From Octopus sinensis (Eukaryota): a DNA stretch of 64,000 nt. A program made the position numbers and the translations under genes. Positions 27,943-42,099 of this stretch are shown in pieces. The notes below the pieces were generated by a model. That model worked only from the letters and a program-made list of their open reading frames with translations, made no database searches and was not told where the DNA came from. The stretch covers positions 21,018,001 to 21,082,000 of the forward strand of contig NC_043014.1 of NCBI RefSeq assembly GCF_006345805.1, given 5' to 3'. The first letter of the stretch is position 1, and each line of letters starts with the position of its first letter.

Positions 27943-28435
27943 TATATATATATATATATGTCAATCTACTTTATCTACCTATCCATCTATCTACCTGTCT
28001 ATCAAGCTATTTTCCACTAAAACTCTTACGCCATATTTCTGTAATATCATCTCCAGCCTCTCTCTCTCTCTCTCTCTCCTCCTCTCTCTCTCTCTCTCTC
28101 TCTCCTCTCTCTCTCCCTTCTCTCACCTTTTTCTCCGTCTCGCTATTTATTCTCTCCCCAGTTCAGACTTTTATTCACCCTCTCACCCTTTCCTCGAGCT
28201 CTCATTTACAGTTTACTCTCTCATTAATTCCGTATCGAGCCTCCCCACCTCTCTCTCTCTCTCTCTCTCCCTCTCTCTCACACGCACACTCACACACATG
28301 CCACCACGACCATCACCACCACCTCCACCGCCGCCGCCGCCACAGTGTCCGTCAGCAAGCGTCCTGTATGAATCTTTTTAAAACTGAATTGTATTATAGT
28401 GAGAAGAGAGGAGGTGCTTTGTCACACTTACATAC

Positions 28436-28479
<44 letters not shown>

Positions 28480-28618
28480 ACGCCATCACTCTCAACATCA
28501 CCACCGCCGCCTCGCCGCCGCCACGGTCGCATGCAGTTGAAAACAAGCGTCCTGCGTAAATCTTTTTAAAAGTGAATTGCATTATTGTGAGAAGAGAGGA
28601 GGTGCTTTGTCACAACTT

Positions 28619-28675
<57 letters not shown>

Positions 28676-29274
28676 CAAACAAGCATAAGATCATGTTCGA
28701 ATACACAAGCACATACACACATATATGAATATATACAAGCACAAACGTACATTCACATTCAAACGCAAGCACACACACACACTCACACGCACACACACAC
28801 ATTTATGAACCCATACAAGCTAAAAATGACACATACAAATGCAAAAACACACATACATACACATTCAAACACAAGCACACACACATACACATACATTTAT
28901 AAAGACACATACAGATGCATAAGCTGCCACAATTACATATTCACAAACACAGGAACTCACAGAGAGAGAGAGACAAACCCACACGCACACACATAAGCAC
29001 ACTGAGTCACCTCACCATCGCCAACACTCAACATCTTCCCACCTGTCCGCTCCACACCACGCCACTAATCCTTAATACTAACATAACACCACCAATTTGT
29101 GACGTAGCCAAGTTTTCCAGTGACGCTACGTGTTCTGTGTAGCAAATAACACGGTAGTTGCTGTGTACAAGTCTCTCCTATTAACTTCATTCAATGTTCC
29201 GACGGCAGGGCAATTAGGAAATCGAAATGATCAGCCAACACTCTCACGCACTCTTTCTCCCACCTCTCTCTCTG

Positions 29275-29352
<78 letters not shown>

Positions 29353-30184
29353 ATCTCTTTCTCTCTCCCTGCTTCTTTTCTTTTTCCCTCAACCTTCCGC
29401 CGTTTCTTATCGATACATACCACACATATTTATAACTACATTATTCTCCGTAATTACAGCACACAAACACACGCACAAACACACGAAGGCTCACCGCGTA
29501 TGTGTTGTTGTAGGGGAATGTGTGTGTGTGTGTGTTTACGAAGAGTGGATAGAGATAATAGTGAAAGTGTATGCATACGTAACACGAAGTTAACTATCTC
29601 CATTCATGCGCTTAACACACATACTTCTGTATAAGAGTGATTACTAAATCAAAGTGGCTAATATAAGAAAATGAAGGCAAATTTGCGAGCGCACACATAC
29701 ACACATATACATACACACACAAACACACACACATATACACATACGAATGCACGCGAATACAGAAGAATGTATATATATATATATATACAAACACGTGCGC
29801 GCATGCAAGTATCAGAAGAGTATATATATACACTGCAGTATATTTGAGCTAAACCTAAACAGGAATAAATTACCCATAATGCATCTATTTTAAAATTAAA
29901 TTGCTCACAATCTTGAAAATGACCCCGAACTCAATAATATATTATACATCCATTGTTAATGAGTGCACTGTGTGTGTGTGTGTGTGTTGTGTGTGTGTGT
30001 ATGTGTGTGTGTGTGTTGTGTGTGTGTGTGTGTATACATTTGTAAGTATGGTATGTATGACGCGAGAGAAACACAGAAAAGCACGGACAGATTCATGCAA
30101 GTATATTCATAAATAGCATACACACATGTATGTATGTATCTATGTATGTATGTATGTATGTATGTATGTATGTATGTATGTATG

Positions 30185-30215
<31 letters not shown>

Positions 30216-30359
30216 GCATGGTTGTGTGGTTATAAAGGTCGTATTGCAAACGCGTGGTTTCGGATTCAATACCACTGCTCCACGCCTTCGGCAAATCTCT
30301 TCCACTGTAGCCCCAGGCTGACTAATGTGAATTTGGTAGACGAAAACTGAGTGGAAGCC

Positions 30360-30390
<31 letters not shown>

Positions 30391-32262
30391 CAGGGGCATA
30401 TCTAGAGTAAATGGCGCCCGGGGCAAGCACCGTAATTGCCCAGCCCCCACCCGCCCCCCACCACCACCACCACCAAAACGTGGAAACTCGCATAGAAAAG
30501 ATGAATGACTGGTTTTAAAAAATTGCAATTAAAGATTTAATTAAAAAATGAAGAAAGATTACAATCTTATGTTCCGTACCGTTAAAGAAAAATCCGTTCT
30601 CTCAAATTCATCACTTCCCACTCTGAGAAGGGCGAGATCACTGAGTCGTTGTTGGCTCATGGAGGTTCTAATTTACGAAAGTATTAGTTTCAGCTTGCTG
30701 AAAGACCTCTCGCAACTGGCGATTGAAACAGAGATCGTCAGTATGATTTGTATGCTGATTCGCTAATTTGGTAAAATGCATTCATCTCCATATTGAACGA
30801 TGAATTCAAGGAGGACTTCTGGCCTTGTAATCATTTTGGCGGTCCGAGTTGCCAGCAATGCTCTACAGTCCAATATTTCTTCGAAAAAGTGTTCTCCATT
30901 AATATCAGAGTTGTATAAGCCAGCAAGATAGTTGTACTTCTCCTTAAGGGTGAAGTTGTTAGAAACAGTTGCGTAGAGCAAACTATGGACATTGAGAAGA
31001 GGACCAAACAGAGTCAGTTTCGTTAAGGCGAGTGAACTGTCCCTCCATTTCAGTTTGAAGACGATTTAGAGCATCCTACATTATTCTTTTAAACTCTTTC
31101 CTTGCGGTTAGTTTAGTGTCCTTGATATTTTCACCAGTGAATTGACGTCATCGCTTTCTCTGTAAATCGACATTTCATTCCTTGCACAGAGCAAAGCTAT
31201 TTTCAAGGGACTCACAGATCAAAGATTCTCCTTTGGCTTCAAAATATATTCGAAGAGCTTTGATATCAGCAGTAGCATCGTGGAAGTTCATACTTAGATC
31301 TTGAAGTCTCTTTTGCACCCGGTCAATGCGAGAGAGAGTTTTGTTCCAGATTCCCAGCAAGTTCAAGAAATCATAGTTGAATATCCGATTATAGAAATTG
31401 CAGGCACCATTCCTGGTCTCTCAAGTCTCGGTTTCATCATCACTTATTTTTTCGAGAGCTTGAAGAATTAGTGCGAGATAATTCGCTACTGGTCTGCCGT
31501 ACTTCTTGCACTCCATCGAGTATCTTTTATTATTTTAATACCGTAGGAACAGCTTCTTTTTATGGATATTTTATTACCGTAGGAACAGCTTCTTTAAGAG
31601 TTTCCCAGCGCGTATTGATCGGGAAAAAAGGTGTATAATGAGTCATTAGCGCTAAAGAAGTCGATCATAACCGTATCGTTTATGGCTGCATGTAGACTTG
31701 CCAGATTGAGGGAATTGTAACAATTAACGAAGTGTACCAAGTTATTTTTCTCTCTGATTTTTGTTTAACTCCACTTCGGTGCCCTGACATTATAGCAGCA
31801 TTGTCACAGCATTGTGATCGGCAGTCCCGTAGTGGCAGTTCCTTTGTATCTCTGTCAAAATTGTTTCAACAAAGCTTGCACTGTCATTTTTCTTTATCTG
31901 GATGAGTCGAAGAAAAGATTCCTTTACAAAGACGGTCTTCTAATTAAAATTAACGTCCACATATCGCACAACAATTGTTCTTTATGCTCTTGATCAAGGG
32001 TCGAATCAATCTTGCTTTTCGAATACGCTTCAGCAAATTCTGACGAACTGCGGAGGCCATGATGTGGAGGAACACGTTTTGTATTTCTGGCGAAAGATAT
32101 GACATGGACCCAGGATGGATTTCTACATGTTTGAGGTGTACTTTCGTGACAGGGTCAAAGGTGACAAGCAGTTTAAGCAATCCAATGAAATTTCTGTCGC
32201 TGAACTCATACTTCAGCCGAAGCGACTCTCGGTGCCCCTTTAGAGCCATATTATGAGTTGTT
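30391..32262 (-). mobile_element. Decayed hAT transposon (DUF4371/ZMYM1-like transposase with C-terminal dimerisation domain)
   Basis: ALKGHRES..NFIGLLKLL..FDP..HL..SYLSPEIQN, then SRIDRVQKRLQ, then ILTISVSIASCERSFSKLKLI..RTSMSQQRLSDLALL. A CAGGGGCATATCTAG terminus lies at 30391. Confidence 0.9.
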
Positions 32263-32329
32263 TAGAATTTAATACAGTGGAGGATTCTAGTTAAAATTTC
32301 GCAGTACTTCTGTCTATCATTTTGAATCC

Positions 32330-33000
<671 letters not shown>

Positions 33001-33039
33001 AGCTGCATCCTCGTTACACGAGAAAAGCCATTGCCAAGA

Positions 33040-34613
33040 AGACTTACTGAAATGATTCATCATTGTTGCCATGTGATGCCCTTATATGACTTGTAAGTCC
33101 GGTCAAGCTTTTACGCATTTTATTACATACTAAACAACTGTGCTGGCTGGCAGGAGAAACAGGTGCCACCACATGCACTCTCTTAACATTTCTTTTAAGA
33201 CCTACAAATGAGAGACACACCCTTCCACATTTTACACATGTTCTGTTATAAAATTTAATAGCTACATCATTGTTTATCATGGATCGATTTCTATGAGAAC
33301 TTTGATGGCTCACCAGGCCTGCACGACTCAAACACCTCCGCCAACAAACCACAGACATAAAAAGCAACACTCTCACTTTCAATAGGTTCCCTACTTCTAA
33401 GCCCCCTCCTAATTCTCTCATACTTCACTCTCTCCTTCTCAAACCTTGAACAGCTATCATGTCCTATCTTCTTCCATCCATCACGGTCTTGTGCCTCCCT
33501 CTCCCAATTACCAACTGCAAATTCCTGTCTGTATTAGAACATTTTTAAGGCAATCCTTAAACCTTAGTTTAGGCTTATGCGCTGGTCTCCTGCCATCTTA
33601 CAGCTGACAATACAATAGCTGCTTGGGCAGTCGCTCACCACTCATACTTACCAAATATCCCCTGCCTCACCTCAAACGTCTTTGCAAAATCATTGACTCT
33701 ATATTTCTACTGCTACTTCTCTCAAGCACTTCCACATTACTAATGGCCATTTTCCAGTTTATCCCCCAAATTTTTCTCAGACGGTATTGATGACATGGCG
33801 GCGAGCTGGCAGAATCGTTAGCACGCCGGGCGAAATGCTTAGCAGTATTTCGTCTGCCGTTACGTTCGGAGTTCAAATTCCGCCGAGGTCGACTTTGTCT
33901 TTCACCCTTTCGGGGTCGATTAAATAAGTACCAGTTACGCACTGGAGTCGATATAATCTACTTAATCCGTTTGTCTGTCCTTGTTTGTCCACTCTATGTT
34001 TAACCCCTTGTGGGTAGTAAAGAAATAGGTATAGATTATGTTCTTTCCACAGATGCCTATGAAGCCTACCAAAAGCACTACTAACCCTGCTGATTCTGTA
34101 CGAAATTTCATCATCAAGACCAACAGTGCTCAAGGTACTTCCTAAATAAATAAATCTAGGTACAGTCTCCAACCTTTGACCATTCACAGTTATAAAAGGT
34201 TCCACATACATCTATGAAGGAGCGAGGTAGTACGTTATAACAGTTTTTTTAGATTAACTGTTAGACCCAACGCTGCACATGCTGCAGAAATCACATTCAC
34301 CATGTGCTGTATAACTTTCTGAGAATGTGCCAACAGGTCACAATCATCTGTATACAGAAACTCAACAAGGCGAGAAAGCAGAACTTTCGTTTTGGCACAG
34401 AGTCTTTTGAGATTGAACAGTTTTCCTGTTGTCCTATATCTTATACAGGCCCCTCGAGGGCAATCTTTAAAAGCTATTTGAAAGACTATTGCGAAATATA
34501 TAGCAAACAGTGTAGGAGCAGGAATATCACCTTGCTTTACACCATTTTCTACAGAAATTGGATCTGATAAGGTACCTCCAACATTAACTCTCATTTCCAA
34601 CTTGTCATGAAAT

Positions 34614-34618
<5 letters not shown>
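33040..34618 (-). mobile_element. RTE (BovB-like) LINE 3' fragment interrupted by a SINE
   Basis: NGVKQGDIPAPTLF, FLYTDDCDL, LGLTVNLKK, FIYLGSTLS, RLPKQLLY, followed by C-terminal C2H2-like motifs. Confidence 0.92.
33797..34031 (+). mobile_element. Family B tRNA-derived SINE (Meta-domain-like), inserted in the RTE
   Basis: Head ggcggcgagctggcagaatcgttagc, B-box gagttcaaattcc, and a ctttcaccctttcggggtcgattaaataagtacc domain resembling the MetaSINE/Sauria central domain. Confidence 0.85.
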
Positions 34619-34661
<43 letters not shown>

Positions 34662-36049
34662 ATATAATATATATATATATATATACATAGATACTTACGA
34701 CGGGCTTCTTTCAGTTTCCGTGGATTAAATCCATTCACAAAGCATTGGTCAATCTACGGCAAGGTGTCACGCAGTGGGACTGAATCCGGAACCATGTGGT
34801 TGAGAAGCAAGCTTCTTACCACACAGCCACGCCTACTGTTATATTCATTGTTGATTATTGTTTTCCCTTTTCCTGACTACTCCACATCCTGATTATTTTA
34901 GATTCTAATCCATGTACACTGATTGTGTCTCCACCTCCTTCCCTACAGCAAAGAACCTGGAATGTTTGTCTGAATTCATTGCCTTGGTCTCCTTTTTAGT
35001 TTGAAGAGGTTATTATAGCTAGGGTATTATCATATTTCATATTTGGTATATATGCGAAGAACACTTTACTGTTCATAGGGGGAAGTGTCGCATATTACCC
35101 CTGCCGACTTGATTATGTCTATGGATATAATCGGATTCTAGAAAGCGACGGCGAGCTGACAGAATCTTTAACACACTGAGCGAAATGCCGGTAGTTAATC
35201 AGTTACTATCTGTAGCAGTTTTTAATTGTTTATCATCTACAGCGTACAACTTACGGTCGTCCATATTTTGTATCCGAATCCAGCTTGGATTCAGATGTTG
35301 GTTACAGACTTTAGTATCAGGGAGAAAAAAGTAGAGAGAGGGAATAACGTGGAATATTCTTCTTCCGATGAAAATGGTGTTAGTTTTTAGAATTCCTTCA
35401 AGTATTTGCATATTCTGGATTTTTATGAAAGAGTTTAATGTTTGATTGCTCCAGGAAACATCCGACTGGATTCGGTCAGGAGATTTAGCTGCTTCCAATA
35501 GCCACTCCAGGAGTCCTCAGGATACTGAAGCCGGTGATGCACTGCCACGTACTGATGCTAACATACCTACAGAGAATCTTGGACAATAGCTACTTTGAAC
35601 ATGTATCATCACCGTTTGCGTGGTATGTTTTTCTCAGCTCGTCCCTTTCACCAAGCAGCAGTTGTAGATCAAGCACAAGGCCGAGATTGGGCTTTTGGCA
35701 TTTGGAAAGTTGTCGTGCTCTAAGAAAGTGTGAATGAGGTGCTGACCTACAATACATTTTGTGAATGGCGGGTAAGAGTGGGGTAATTGACGTGGATAAG
35801 TGGATCTAATCAATCTATGTATTTTCAGGATGGCATAATCGATAGAGCGTAGAAAATCCCTTGCAGTATTTCTTATGCCTCTTTACGTCATGGTTTCAAA
35901 TTCCACCGAGGCCAACTTTGCATTTCCTCCTTTCGGGGTCTATAAAATAAATTACCAATCAAGTAATAGAATTGATGTAATGGAAAACAATTCTTACTGA
36001 CCTCGTACCAAAAATTTTAACGAATTATTATTATTATTATTATTATTAC

Positions 36050-36100
<51 letters not shown>

Positions 36101-36101
<1 letters not shown>

Positions 36102-36657
36102 GAGTGAGAGAGCAGTGCATGCCATCAGAGTGACACTGGGGTAAAATATACGAAGCCCAGTATAACCATCATGACTACCCGTCTGATAAGGGTACACCAG
36201 GCACATGCATCACAACTATATGTGCGTTACATGGTATCTCATATCAAGATAAACAGCGCATGACCTTGCAGGTGGGGCCCAGTTAGAATTTTCTTCTGGT
36301 CGAGTAGCCCATCTCGCTCAAAAGGTCCCTGAATAAGGATTGTTTAAGGGTGTTGAAGGAACCACCCATGTTTCCAGAGGTGAATTATCCAAACCTCTAA
36401 GAATTCCTTTCAACACACACGGCTATGATGCTCCACCACTACTTCTGCTCATGATCAGAGATGCACATATCGTCAACCACTAAGGAACATGGTCAACTGG
36501 TTATGGTCAAACAACTGGCAAGCAAATCTGTGGTATTGAGCAGAATATTTGTTGTAGCCCATTTATTATACCAAGATAAAGCAATGTACATGATAACGCT
36601 TCCAATCAGTTAAGATCAGGAGCCATGAGAGCCACTGTCTGGCACTGCATCAGGGCA
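36101..36657 (-). repeat. Family C element
   Basis: Full-length copy with (TTA)n on both sides. Confidence 0.9.
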
Positions 36658-36661
36658 TATT

Positions 36662-37683
36662 ATTATTACGTCTTCAGGTTTATGCTCGTACCACTTTTTT
36701 GCTCTGTCAAGTCGATACTTGTTGAAAAGTGTGCAATGGACAATCCTTGCTATATTGTCATGACGTCTCTTATACTATTTCTGGGCTAGTGGCGTACATT
36801 GACTGGTAATATGCCATACGGTTTAATCATTTTGTCCACAAATTCTACACTTATCACTTTCTGATGTGTTGTCTATTCTGTATTTGATGTAATTGGTTAT
36901 TAATGCTTGCTCTTGGGCAGCGCAGATTAGAGTCTCTGTTTCCAGTTTTAAATTACTTTTAGTCATCCATAGCCATCTTTTTTCTCTGTCTTATCTTCAA
37001 CATTCCTATGAAATTATTCATGTATTCTTTCTTTATCCACCTATTTTCAGTTTCATTCATTCCCAGGTGTGCTGTGCTTTTATCTTTGCAATCTTCCATC
37101 CTGCACAAGCCTGACCTTACTTCCAATAATAGTGGTTCTGTGGCATTTTTTACATACCATACTATGTTGTTTTCTTCTGTTCTAATGCTGAGTTCTCATC
37201 CAATCAGTCCTCTTCCCCTCTTTTTCTTGGTACATAGAGTCTGTCAGTGTCACTTTTTGGTTGGATTATCCTATATCTAGTCAGCAACTTCCCTGTCTTT
37301 CTATCTAAGCTGTTTAGTTCGTCTATTTTCCATGCGAGTACCCCTGCTCCATATCTAAGGAGTGAAATCACCCAGGTTTTGATAGCCCTAATTTTATTCC
37401 TTCCGATTAATTTCAACTTAAGAATCTGCTTCATAACCTGCTCCGACGGTATCGCTAGCCTATCCATACATTTGATTTTGTCTCTCTTCAAGTCTAACAC
37501 ACCACACTTTTTCAGTCCGAACTGCATTCTGATATCAGCACTGAAAATATACACCGTATCAACGAGGGAACTGACTTGGGATTTATCTTTACCATAAAGT
37601 TTAAGATCATCCATGAATAACAAGTGGTTAACTTTTTGTTTGACATCATCCATGAATAACAAGTGGTTGACGTTTTGTTGACT
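36662..37683 (-). mobile_element. R4/Dong fragment (RT end to knuckle), same subfamily as 22292-22925
   Basis: NHLLFMDDLKLYG, DIRMQFGLKKC, NKIRAIKTW..LLRYGAG, PKSDTDRLYVPRK. Near-identical DNA to 22570-22900. Confidence 0.92.
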
Positions 37684-37710
37684 ATTATTATTATTATCAT
37701 TATTATTATT

Positions 37711-37741
<31 letters not shown>

Positions 37742-37773
37742 TATTATTATTATTATCATTATTATTATTATTA

Positions 37774-37861
<88 letters not shown>

Positions 37862-37863
<2 letters not shown>

Positions 37864-38695
37864 TATGTTTGACTTTTGCTTTACATTTGCACAAGCTGGC
37901 TCCAAGTCTCACCCAGAGACCTCAAGAGACAACAAGTTGGAAGTTCGTGTTGGTGTTATGCCTAGGGTGCCACATATTTGGTTTTGTACTTAGTGTTGTA
38001 CTAGTGAATGTCTAAAAAAACCATACGAAAATTATGTTTGTTTTAAAACTTGAGATTACATAGAAAGTATTTTGCGTAGGATATGAGCAGTTCCCATGAG
38101 CACTATCTTTTGAATTTCTGCCATTTTGGGGTGTCCTGGTATCTGAGTTAGGTACCAATCAGCCCCTTTTGCTATCATTCCCAGGGCAGCTATGACAACA
38201 GGTATTGTTTTAGTCTTCAAGTTCCACATTTTGCTGATTTCTATTTGAAGATCTTTATATTTGCTCAGTTTCTGGTAGGTCTAGACAGATACGTTTATAT
38301 CGATTGGGACAGTCATATCAATGAGGCGGCAGGTTTTTTGTCTGAAGTCTTTCAATATGATGTCTGGCCTATTCGCATCTATCTTTCTGTCAGTTTGAAT
38401 GGTGAAGTTCCAGAGGAGTGAGATGTTGTCATTTTCAAGCACTGGAGGTTGTTTGTCTTCCCACCAGTTTTTATCATAGGGCAAGTCCAGGCTTTTGCAA
38501 ATTACCCAGTGAATATATTGTGCAGCTCTATCATGCCTGTTGAGATACTCTGTAGGCGCAAGAAGACTGCACTTGGAGACAACATGATCAATGGTTTCAT
38601 TTTGTTGTTGACGTACACGACATGTTGGGCTACTGCCGTTCTTTAATATGCTGGCCTGGTAGTTCCTTGTATGTAGGCATTGATCTTGAGCTGCT
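37862..38695 (-). mobile_element. R4/Dong 3' fragment with 3' UTR, embedded in (AAT)n
   Basis: LLWNFTIQTDRKIDANRPDIILKD..LIDMTVP, IPVVIAALG, QKIVLMGTAHILRKILSM. Long (TTA)n on both sides. Confidence 0.92.
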
Positions 38696-38733
38696 ATGAT
38701 AAACTTATTATTATTATTATTATTATTATTATA

Positions 38734-38765
<32 letters not shown>

Positions 38766-38889
38766 CATTATTATCATCATCATCATCGTCATCATCATCA
38801 TCATCATCATCATTAACATTATTATCATTATTATTATCATCATCATAATAATTATCATTATTATCATTATTATTATCATCATCATTATC

Positions 38890-38944
<55 letters not shown>

Positions 38945-39121
38945 TATTATTATTGAAAGAGCAGCGCAAGCCATCAAATTGACAGTGGGGTACAAATATA
39001 CGAAGCCCAATATACTCATCATGATTACCCGTCTAATAAAGGTACACCAGGCACATGCATTACAACCATATGTGTGCGACATGGTGATTTCATATCAAGT
39101 CAACAGCGAATGACCTTGCAG

Positions 39122-39272
39122 TTCAAGCTGGTAATATTCCTAGGGTGTAATATATTTGGTTTTGCACATAGTATTGATCTAGAGAATGTTTAAGAAAATT
39201 ATAGGTTTGTTTTAAAATTTGAGATTACATAGTCAGTATTTTACGTAGGATATGGGCAGTTTCCATGAGCAC
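39122..39272 (-). mobile_element. Short Dong 3'-end piece, same subfamily as 37862-38695
   Basis: DNA matches 37960-38105 (cctagggtg..ttttacgtaggatatg..ccatgagcacta). Confidence 0.75.
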
Positions 39273-39302
39273 TAATTGTTGTTGTTGCTGTTATTGTTGT
39301 TG

Positions 39303-39357
<55 letters not shown>

Positions 39358-39358
<1 letters not shown>

Positions 39359-39871
39359 GAGTGAGAGAACAGTGCATGCCATTAAAGTGACACTGGGATA
39401 AAATATACGAAGCCCAATATATCCATTATGACTACCCGACTGATAAGGGTACACCAGACACATGCATCACAACCATATTTGCGCGACATGGAGATCTCAT
39501 ATCAAGATAAACAGTGCATGACCTTGCAGATGGGGCCTAGTTAGTAATTTTTTCAAGTCGAGTAGCCCATCCCGCTCAAAAGGTACCTGAATAAGAGCTG
39601 TTTCAGGTTTCCAAAGAATTCCTTTCAACACACACGGCTATGATGCTCCCCCACTACTTCTGCTCATGATCAGAGATGCACATATCGTCAGCCACTAAGG
39701 GACAGGCTCAACTGGTTATGGTCAAACAACTGACAAGCAAATCTGTGGTATTGAGCAGAATATTTGTTGTAGCCCATCTTTTATACCAAGACAAAACAAT
39801 GTACATGATAAGACTTCCAATCAGTTAAGATCAGAAGCCACGAGAGCCACTGCCTGGTACTGCATCAGGGC

Positions 39872-39872
<1 letters not shown>
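39358..39872 (-). repeat. Family C element
   Basis: Full-length copy with a small internal deletion and (TTA)n on both sides. A 3' partial copy lies at 38954-39120. Confidence 0.9.
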
Positions 39873-39933
<61 letters not shown>

Positions 39934-39934
39934 T

Positions 39935-40153
39935 CTTTACTCTTTCTTGTACTCTTTTACTTATTTCAGTCATTTGACTGCGGCCATGCTGGAGCACCGC
40001 CTTTAGTCGAGCAAATCGACCCCGGGACTTATTCTTTGTAAGCCCAGTACTTATTCTATCAGTCTCTTTTTGCCGAACCGCTAAGTGACGGGGACGTAAA
40101 CACACCTGCATCGGTTGTCAAGCAATGCTAGGGGGAAAAACACAGACACACAA

Positions 40154-40186
<33 letters not shown>

Positions 40187-40357
40187 CATATATACGACAG
40201 GCTTCTTTCAGTTTCCGTCTACCAAATCCACTCACAAGGCATTGGTAGGCCCGGGGCTATAGCAGAAGACACTTGCCTAAGATGCCACGCAGTGGGACTG
40301 AACCCGGAACCATGTGGTTGGTTAGCAAGCTACTTACCACACAGCTACTCCTGCGCC

Positions 40358-40358
<1 letters not shown>
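39935..40358 (-). mobile_element. Family A SINE, full length, within (AAT)n
   Basis: Reverse complement of the family A consensus, with (TTA)n on both sides. Confidence 0.9.
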
Positions 40359-40406
<48 letters not shown>

Positions 40407-40413
40407 TTAAAAG

Positions 40414-40620
40414 TGGAGTGTTGTCAGAATTGTTAACACGTCGGAGAAAATGTTTAGCGGTATTTCACCCGTCTTTACGTTCTGAGTTCAAATTCCGCTG
40501 AGGTCGACTTTGCCTTTCATTCTTTCGGGGTCGATAAATTAAGCCCCAGTGAAAAACTGGGGTATATGCAATCGACTCATCTCCTCCCCTAAAATGGCTG
40601 CCCTAGCGGCAAAATTGGAA
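40414..40620 (+). mobile_element. Family B SINE (variant tail)
   Basis: Same head and central domain. Other copies lie at ~23285-23455 (+), 24020-24175 (-), 24945-25135 (+, tandem tails), 35860-35990 and 60415-60515. Confidence 0.8.
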
Positions 40621-41207
40621 ACTATTATTATTATTAATATTACAATAGTAGTACTAGGAGTGGAGGCGGCGGTGGCAGTGGTGGTGGTAGTGGTGGTGAC
40701 AGTATTGGCGGCGGCGGTGGTAGTATTGGCGGCGGTGATGATGGTGATGATGGTGATGGTAGTCAGAATATTCCAATTATAACTAGAAATTGAAGTTACG
40801 TCAAACAGAAGAGAAATTGTTTTTCAAAAAATGGAAATTTTATGAAAATTTGAAGAGATAACAATACAATCATTGCATGATAATGTCGACGATGACGACG
40901 TCGATGACGATGACAAGGATGACAACATCCGATGATAATCATGATGCTGTGCAAGATTGTTGTTGTGATGTCGGATGTGGCAATTTTCAGGATCCTGGTG
41001 ATGATGAAGGTGGAGACGGCCGTGAAGGTGGTAGCCATGGTGAAAAGATGACGGGAGGCAAGAAGGAGGAAGAAGAAAAAGAAGACGAGCATGAGGAAGA
41101 GGAGATGCCGTAGGAAATGAAACAAGAACGATGGCTTTAACTGATGTCTGTGTGTATGAGAGCATGTGTAACTGTGCGTGCGTATATATATAATATATAA
41201 TATATAT

Positions 41208-41249
<42 letters not shown>

Positions 41250-41524
41250 TATATGTATGTATGTATATGCATGTATGTATATGCATTTATGCATATATAT
41301 ATATGTATATATATATACATATATATATATAATGCATATATATATATATAATATATATATATATACACACATACATATATGCATATTTATAAACAGATAT
41401 ACACACATCTATACACATACACATATGTATCGCTATACATTTGTATGAATGTATATGTATATACGTGTGTATGCATACATGTATGCTTGTGTGAGTGTGT
41501 GTGTGAGTGCGTGTGCGTTCTTGC

Positions 41525-41570
<46 letters not shown>

Positions 41571-41858
41571 ATATACATATACATATACATATATATGTGC
41601 GTGTGCGTGCGTGTGTATGTGTGCGTTCGTGTGTAATTGAATGGCTGCCATTGGCAGATGCAAATGTTAATTGGAACGGACAAATGAACGTTTTTCTGGT
41701 ACTCTTTAAACATACGCCGCCGCTCCATTGATCTACATTCCGACGACAACTTGCAAGCACACGCATGTGCGTATCGACGGGCACATATACACATACACAT
41801 GTATGCACACCTATATATATTATATATATATAAGTATATATTTAAGTATGTATGTGTA

Positions 41859-41894
<36 letters not shown>

Positions 41895-42099
41895 TGTATG
41901 TATGTATGTATGTATGAATATATATGCATACGTATATATATTGTTTTGTCTTTATTTAGGAAGGCTGAAGGTAGTCAGTTTATTTTTCATTGTTTAGGAA
42001 TGGAGAGCGCGGTCTTTGGTTTTCCGGGCCTTGACCGCTCCAACATGTTAAGCCTTGTTTTTTGTGTTTGTTATGGCATTTCAGAGGGCCCTAGAAATA

